Assembly: GCA_964247055.1 (NCBI GenBank)
Contig: OZ176056.1
Coordinates: 4,278,001-4,342,000, forward strand
Length of the DNA: 64,000 nt
Direction of reading: 5' to 3'
Source of the DNA: Paragordius varius
Taxonomy: Eukaryota > Animalia > Nematomorpha
The notes beneath the pieces were generated by a model. It saw nothing but the letters and a program-made list of their open reading frames with translations. It made no database searches and was not told where the DNA came from. The position numbers were made by a program, and so were the translations under genes. Positions 47,101-64,000 of this stretch are shown piece after piece; positions within the stretch are counted from its first letter, which is position 1; each line of letters starts with the position of its first letter.

Positions 47101-48280
47101 TCGATTAGGGAAAAATAATAACGCATGGAAAAAGATTCAAACTGGTTTATTTTTTTCTATTTTTATATTAAAATAAAGTAATGTCCTGTTGACCAATTTT
47201 TTATTTCCTTACCACAAAAGCGTAAATAACTTTCTTTAATCACTTGTAAGGCCCATAAGCAAAAAAACATAGTAATTACTTTTCTCATCAGAATATATAT
47301 TTTATCAGGCTATTTTATACCCTCCTTGTAGGCTAAACTTCGCTTCAACGAAATTTTGCTAAATATAAAATTCTTGACAATGCATTTAATAAATATTTTT
47401 ACTTGATATCAATTTTAAGCAAATATTTGAAACTTATATCGTGCGACAGATTTTTGGCGTTTTAAAGGCAGCTAGGCCATTTTCGAAGAGCGAAAAGTTT
47501 AAGACTTTCGGATCCCACGAAATTAATTTTATATATAATTTTTTAGTAATTGTATTTGGAATCAAACCTATACCTTTCATAAAAAATATTTATTTAAAAA
47601 GCGTGCGCAATTTTCGGTGCTGATATAAGGCAAACTTTTCTATATCACTCTTAAGGGCCAAATGCACCATGATAATCTTGATACATTTTTTTATCGAATA
47701 ATATAACATCATGATATATTTTATACTCCTCGATTTTAATCTTAGTGTAAAGTTTATGAGATATTTTAACGATATTTTTTAGCATGAATCATTTGGCGTG
47801 TACAAAAAAATTTATATAAAATAAGTCCAAATTTAGGTATTTCATAATATTAAGAAGTTACCCCAAGTTATTTTTCTTATTTGACTTGTATTAGAATCGG
47901 GATGCATTTTTCTGGCTAATATATATTTCATCATTTTATATGTGTTGCACCTAATAGATGGACCATATATATAATGCCGATATTCAATATTTAAAATAAG
48001 AAAAATATTTGATTTTATCGAATTTATGTTTTTTCAGCCAAACCCCACTAAAAACTTATGACTCCAGACAATATTTTTAAGTATGTTTTTATCAATACTG
48101 ATCGCTGATTTTGCCGTTATTTATGTGAAGCAATAAAGGTTCAAATATTTTTCTTATATATCATGTAAACCAAAACAAAAAAATAAAACTGATATATTTT
48201 TTATATTACAGATATATTTATTCCCTGTATGATCAATAACATTGCACCTTTTATAGTTTACATTTAAATTCAAATTTGTT

Positions 48281-50438
48281 ATGGATTGGCACATAACATC
48301 GGATTATAAAGAAACAATCGATATATTAAATTCCATATTAAATGTATTGCAAGTGGAAAATTTCGATATTTTGGCTAACAATCAACTTCAAACTCTGAAC
48401 GAATTATTTATTCAAAATCAAAATATTCAATATACCCAGGAATTCGTAACTGATATGTTAAAATGTTCTAAACTTAATGAGCAAACAAATAAACCTTCAA
48501 ATGGACTTTGTGCCGAAAATGAGAACATAGAATTTTACAACAAAAAAATTGAACACTATAAGCTTTGCTGGAAAAATAAAAATTTAGAACTGTTAAAGAA
48601 TGGTTATGACAATAATTCAAATGAGTTTAACTATAAACTCATATTTCAAAAGATGGACGTAAATATTTTATTAAATTTTCGTATAATGATTAATTTTAAA
48701 AAATATTTTGATTATATTTCAGAGCTTTGAAATATAAACATTACATTACAAGTAACAAAGTTTTATTGATAAATATATTCAACTGCTTGGAAATAAATTC
48801 GTATTTATAATAATATTAGCCATCGAGATCAGTTTTAATATGAATATATAATATTTTTACATAAAATTTTATTAATTTTGCTTGGTGGAATAACATAATT
48901 AACCCCTAGTTATTTCGAAAGAACAATTCATTCCATAAATAAGCTTTTACAATAAAAAAATTTCTTTTACCTAACAAGACAGATCCCTAATATATAAAAC
49001 TAACTTTACAAAAGATAAGGTATTTAAGGTCCAAAAAACTATTTCTAAATATAATTATTTTATTCATTTGTTTAAGGTTTGTCCTACCTTTATTTTTTGT
49101 AAATTTTCGTTTATTACGGTTAAGCTTTTAATGGTAAAAGTAAATTTTTAAATATTTTAAAGTTTATAAAGTTTTTTCTCTTTATTTTATTATAGAATGC
49201 TGTTATTGATATTTACTTTTTAACCTAATCAAATTTTGACCGAGGCCTTAAAAAAGTATTTAACGCAAAAATCTAGTAATTAAATCATTATTTAGTATTT
49301 TAACATATAAAGTCATCAGGAAAGGCCTAATTTAGTTTTCAATTATTTCTGTTGTTAGGTGATTGACCTCTATTTTTTTTCTCGTAAATTTATAGCCCCC
49401 TAAATTTAATTTATGTAAAAATATACTTTTTTTTCATATTATACGAACAAAACGTAAAAAAATAAAGACAAATATTTTTTTCTAAAAGACAACCATACTT
49501 TTCAATTCTTATTTTTTAAAATTATAACGCATTGTTTAAATTGCAAAGTATGAAAGAGAGATATATATATTGGTAACAATCAATTTTATATTTTTAAGGG
49601 GTAAGTAAATATTTTATATAAGCAAAATGAAGGTTTAAAAAAGTATGGTAGTCTTTTGAAAAAAATATTTGTCTTTATATTTTAACGTTTTGTCCGTATA
49701 ATATCAATTTTTAATGTTATTAATAAAACAATGTTTTTGAAATGTAAATATATGGTTTTGCTTTCAAAAATATATGTTTTGTCTTGTCCCTGAATAAAAT
49801 AATGTTAGCGGGATAACATAATAAATCGCGCAATGTGAAATTAAATTTTTTTTAAACTGTTAACTCGGTTATGGAACCAATTATATTAAATGGAATGTAT
49901 TATTATAATTCCATGTTTTTTAAAAGATTGATTGAAAGTTTTTACAGTAAAAATGGATATTTTACGGACGACGCATAAAAATATAAAGATAATTTTTTTT
50001 CAAAGACAACCATCCATACTTTTTCAAACCTTATAATTTATCCTATTAAAATCAGTAAATAACAATCGAAAAATATGTTGATTGTGTTACCAATAAGCCT
50101 TTCAATTTTATACTTTGTTGTTCATGTTATATTCAAAAAATCACGATCTAAAAAGTATGGTTGTTAGAATAAAATATTGTTTTTTACTGTAAAAATAGCG
50201 CACACCTCCAAATTTTGTTTTAGCTCGGGGGATATTTTTTAAAAATAAAAATTATAATTGCTTGAATCGTATATAATTTATGTAATATTTTTTTTCATAG
50301 GAATACAAAGATATCCACAGCAAACTTGAAAAATTGGATGCCAAATTTGCAGCATATCAAGAATTGCCTTCAGATGCGGATCTTATCAAAGCACGCATAA
50401 TAGAACTAAAAAATGAAATTTATTTGCTTGAAAATTAG
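48281..50438 (+). CDS. HAUS1: HAUS1 (augmin subunit 1)-like coiled-coil protein; 5-prime end uncertain
   Basis: Exon 48281-48658 (phase-0 donor GAC|GTAAAT) joins exon 50301-50438 to give ..IFQKMDEYKDIHSKLEKLDAKFAAYQELPSDADLIKARIIELKNEIYLLEN*, matching the recalled HAUS1 C-terminal signature (Y.DLP.D..LA..KIEE.K.EL..LE). Confidence 0.55.
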
Positions 50439-51054
50439 TTTGAAACATTGATGTTTATATTTATAAATTATGTTTATTTAATTTATTTTTTGGTATTCCA
50501 TAAAAGCAGTAGATATAAAATCGTCAAAGCTTTATATATTTCAAAGGTTTTTTTAAATATTGAAAACGAGAAAGATTTGAAAAACTAAAATATTAAGTAA
50601 CTAAAATATTTTATTATTTCTATGATGTTATTTAAATTTGGAGTTGCCCAGCAGACTACCCTTAAAATAGCATTTGTATTATAAAAAAGATGTTAAGGTT
50701 TCTAAATTTAAAAATGTTTGTAAAACGCAAAATCTTTAACCACACGCTTAAAAGTTTTTTATAATTTTTAGGAAATTGCCTAGCCAACTAGTTTGGGGCA
50801 TGCTTGGTTCAATTAAAAATTTTATTGTAAGGAGATCATAATTAGACTGGTTTATTGTAGATAATTAATTTTTATATTTTAATTATTCCATTCATAAATT
50901 TAATTTTTTAATGAGGATATTTAATCAATGTTCGGTAAGGTTTAATAGAAATCGGTGAGCAGACCTAGCTAAATAACCAAATACCACACAAAAAAACCGG
51001 CGGGCCACACATTAATCAAAAAATATCTTTTGCGCCAAATAATTATTGATATTA

Positions 51055-51310
51055 TACCATTTACAATTTTAATTTCACCCTTAAACAATTCAAATTCACC
51101 CTAAAAATATTAAGTGTTTCCCGAATAACAAAACTCATCATTAATATGGAATATATTTTTACGACATAATTTATTGTTCAGCATTTTAATTTTAAACAGA
51201 ATTACATATTTTAAAAAAATTATAAAATAAAGGTAATTTTTATGAAAAATACATAATTAAATTGTTCGAGGGTGAATTTGAATTGTTCGAGGGTGATATA
51301 AATTGTCAAA
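51055..51310. mobile_element. MITE family B copy
   Basis: TACCATTTACAATTTTAATTTCACCC start and inverted GAGGGTGAATTTGAATTG 21-mer repeats. Confidence 0.7.
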
Positions 51311-51475
51311 TTAATTTCGTTAGCATAAAAATCCATGAATGTGAATAACCACGGCTTTGATTCCAAATATCCTTTTTTAATTTAATTTTTGTTTTTTTTC
51401 CCTTCCAGACTTTTTTTTAAATAAATCGCCTTTATGTCATTTTTATATATTTTCTCCTTCCAAAGGTAAGCGTGT

Positions 51476-51506
<31 letters not shown>

Positions 51507-51608
51507 TTCCATTCCTTTCTGTCTACTGATTGGTCGTTTAATATATTTAAAAAGTCTAAGTTATCCTGAATAGTGGATTGCCAGTTATGAGGTCTACTGA
51601 GAAATAAA

Positions 51609-51669
51609 ATGGCCTATATTTTGATTCTGGTGGTTTTTGGCCAATTAGATAGTTTTTTATGTGCCACAA
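51609..51669 (+). CDS. Putative signal-peptide first exon of the F-spondin gene
   Basis: ATG-initiated MAYILILVVFGQLDSFLCAT followed by A|GTTAC (phase 1). It would splice in frame to the phase-1 exon at 54389. Hydrophobic but short, so it could be chance. Confidence 0.3.
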
Positions 51670-52003
51670 GTTACATTAAATAACTATAAAATTTGGTGGT
51701 ACTATTCTTTTTTTAAATATAATTTGCATGTAGTGAAATATCATAAATTATCATTAACTTTATAAAAAAATTGAAAACAAAAATATTTATTGGTATGTTT
51801 TTTTGAATTTGGAACCGTGGCTTTTCCAAAAGATGTGACAACTTTACCCTTTTAATCTCCCAAATTAGTAAAAACGCCATTAGATAAAATTTCATCAAAA
51901 TGGTTTTGGTTTAATTCCTCATAATAGTCTTTAATGTATAAATTCTTGTTAGGAAATACATTTTTACTTTGTAAAGATTTTTTATCAACATATCAACGGT
52001 TTA

Positions 52004-52235
52004 GAGAGGCGCAGCTAAGCGAGGGAAAAATGGGCAGATGCACAGGGCGCCGTTTTTTAAAAAATTTTCAATTTTGTTCTCAGAAAAGGTATTTAATTAT
52101 TATTTTAAATAGGTCATAAAAAAATCAACGGTTCGAATTTGATATTTTTATAAATTGCAACAGGTTGCATGGTGAAGGGGGGGTGGGCATCATGGATTCA
52201 TACACAGGGCGCCCGAAATGCAAACTACGCCTCTG
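52004..52235. mobile_element. hAT-like MITE
   Basis: Ends GAGAGGCGCAGCT and AACTACGCCTCTG, internal repeated ACAGGGCGCC, and an imperfect flanking 8-mer (ACGGTTTA/ACTGTTTT). Confidence 0.6.
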
Positions 52236-53284
52236 ACTGTTTTCATAGTCGAAATAATCGGTCTGGACCGATGGGGTTTAGAGTCTGTTCCGGCGTGATG
52301 TTCAACACAAATGCAGATTTAGCTACCCGCTTTTAATCGTAATCCCCCTTTTTAACATATTTTAGAAAATTGCCAAACGCTCCGCCCCCATGTACCAAAC
52401 CTTGACGCAATTATTGAGGTATCAACGAGATAGTTATTAAATTTAAGCATAACGAAATCGCAAACATGGATGGTTTTTTAATATATTTCATCGAAGGTTT
52501 GCGCCATTTTTTGTCCTTTTAGTGTAACAAATTATCAAACATATCCGATAATTTCAATTTTTGAATATGGGCCAACGCATGCTCGAAAGCTTTATTTGAA
52601 TAACTATGTTAATTGAATTATTCATGTTGATATGGAACAGTTAAATACTCTAATATATTACCTAAAAAAATTCTTTCATTAAAAATGGCCTAAAGTTAAG
52701 TGAGAATGGGAACAAATCAAAGCACTGTATGTGGATAAGTTTTAAGATGAACCTCTTTCAATTCTATTTTGGAATATATGAAAGGCCAACTCATATTATC
52801 TTAAAATCCCAAGTTTCCGACTTTTTTATGATCAAATGTACCGTTTTTTTATTTTTAAGTTGCTAATATATTTTTTTTGATAATTTGGCCGCGAATAATT
52901 TTACCTAAAAAGATTTACAAAATCTAAATAAAATTGATTTATAAACAAATTTTCTGAATAAATTTTTTCCGATTTCGGGAATGAACTAGCCAAAAATGTT
53001 AAAAATAGTAATTTTCACACTTTTAAGTTTGAAATCTAATAAAATATTTGGTAATTCCCACATATTATGCGGAGGATTTTTTTAATCAAAAAATGCGGTC
53101 CGCCAACCCATTTGTGTTGGACACACCTGATTTAAATCATAGGTATTATTGTCGTTTATTGTCTTGTAATTTTGACAATTAATATTTTTCGGCATAAATT
53201 ATTTTGGTGATAAATTCCATACATATAATATTGGTCACATATTTGAACACTAAAATATTCAGTATTAAATTAAACATTAAATTA

Positions 53285-53569
53285 CAGAAATTGAAATTAT
53301 ACGGACAAAAACGAAAAATATAAAGACCAAATTTTTTAAAAAGACAACCATACTTTTCAATCCTTAATTTATCCTAAAACCTTATATAACAATCGTAAAA
53401 TATGTAATTGATTTTATTACCAATACATATCTCTATTCTATACTTTGGAGTTTAAAACAATGTGTTATATTTAAAAATAATCAAGATTTAAAAAGTATGG
53501 TTGTATTTTAGAAAAAAATATTTGTCTATATATTTTTAACTTTTGTCCGTATAATTCCAATTTTTACTG
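53285..53569. mobile_element. Tc1/mariner-type MITE family A copy
   Basis: TA|CAGAAATTGAAATTATACGGACAAAAACG and inverted TTGTCCGTATAATT..TTTACTG|TA. Confidence 0.8.
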
Positions 53570-54388
53570 TAAAAGTGTTACATTCTTTACCCATTTCATA
53601 ATTAAAAAATAATTGATTTATTATAATTCTCTATTTTCTTGTGAAGAAGGGAAACCAAAAGGCAGCACATGAGATTTTGCATAAATACAATAATAAGTAG
53701 TAAGTAATAAATTTTAATATGTAATTTTTGCACAGATGTATAAAAAATTTGAAAAAATAATAATTTCATTATTCAAAAATATTCTCCGTAGATCATATTA
53801 AAATTATTAAATTTTTATGCTTTAAAATTAATGTATTGGTTAATTTTTGTATTGATTCCACATTTTTTATGGATTGATTCGGCGGAAAATGGTAGTTTTT
53901 TTGAATAAAATATATATATTGTGTTATTGCTTAAAATTAATACTTATATAATCACGTTTAAAATAGTGTAATATTAAAATTTTACAGGCAAAATGTAAAA
54001 ATTAAAAGACAAAAGTATTTTTTTCTAGACAACCATCTTTTTTAAATCTAAATTATTTAGACTAGACTTATCTGTTTAGTAAATGGGAACCAGAAATATA
54101 GATTAAAATAATGCCAATACAGTAATAATTGATATTATACGTACAAAACGTAAAGATATAAAGACAATTTTTTTAAAAAAAAACCGTCGTACTTTTTTAA
54201 ACTTGATTTTTTAAAAGAGTTTGAATTGCCAGGTATATAATAGAGTAAAAACAACCAACCCTTTTTCCACCTTAAATTACAATTTTATATTACATAATTG
54301 AGTAAATATAACCATTTGACAAAAAATATTTTATCCCTTAGTTTAACGTTTTGTCCGTATAATTTCAATTTTTATTGCACACATATAG

Positions 54389-63701
<9,313 letters not shown>

Positions 63702-64000
63702 TGTATTTTATTAATAAAATTTTATTGGTTACATAAGTCCTTTTAAAATGTACAAGTATTTTTTTAGGTTTTTTAAGACCTGCATTGCACTGTGAGTATA
63801 CCAGCTACTTTTTTTTAATTATTGTCAGACAGCAGCGCATATAATACGGTAAAAACAATTATTGTTGGCTTAAAAGTTATTTTCATTTTTTACTATTATT
63901 GGGATTAATAATGCTCTTTGCTGTATACTATAATATGCTATCTGGCAATATTCAATGTAAAACACTAGCAATTTATTCTTATTCACGCTGTAAGTCATGC

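Overview
Very AT-rich eukaryotic (metazoan) genomic DNA, roughly a quarter G+C by eye, with intron-split genes and dense transposon debris. The F-spondin and R-Ras genes point to an animal, but the species cannot be determined from this window. Genes reconstructed by hand from GT..AG splice junctions: a cluster of four GDP-L-fucose synthase (GFUS/TSTA3) paralogs (copy A, only the last two exons at 4172-4439 +; copy B 9535-13997 +; copy C 15409-24434 +; copy D 27948-34852 -), an intronless RNPC3 (U11/U12-65K)-like ORF (26689-27315 -), an R-Ras-like GTPase (38298-43715 -), a HAUS1-like gene (48281-50438 +) and an F-spondin-like gene (54389 to at least 63701 +). Copy D looks like the canonical enzyme. 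Copies B and C (and A where visible) form a diverged subgroup: the catalytic residues are intact, but the predicted Gly-rich NADPH-binding loop is one residue short and several motifs have shared changes. The first GFUS intron is only 24-29 nt. Mobile DNA includes RTE-like LINE and Ty3/Gypsy remnants, a TSD-flanked hAT element, a mariner remnant, a 1.8-kb foldback element, a TTAA-flanked piggyBac-type MITE nested inside another copy of itself, a non-autonomous Helitron and several MITE families. No tRNA, rRNA or CRISPR array was recognised. All calls come from manual reading; no database searches were run.
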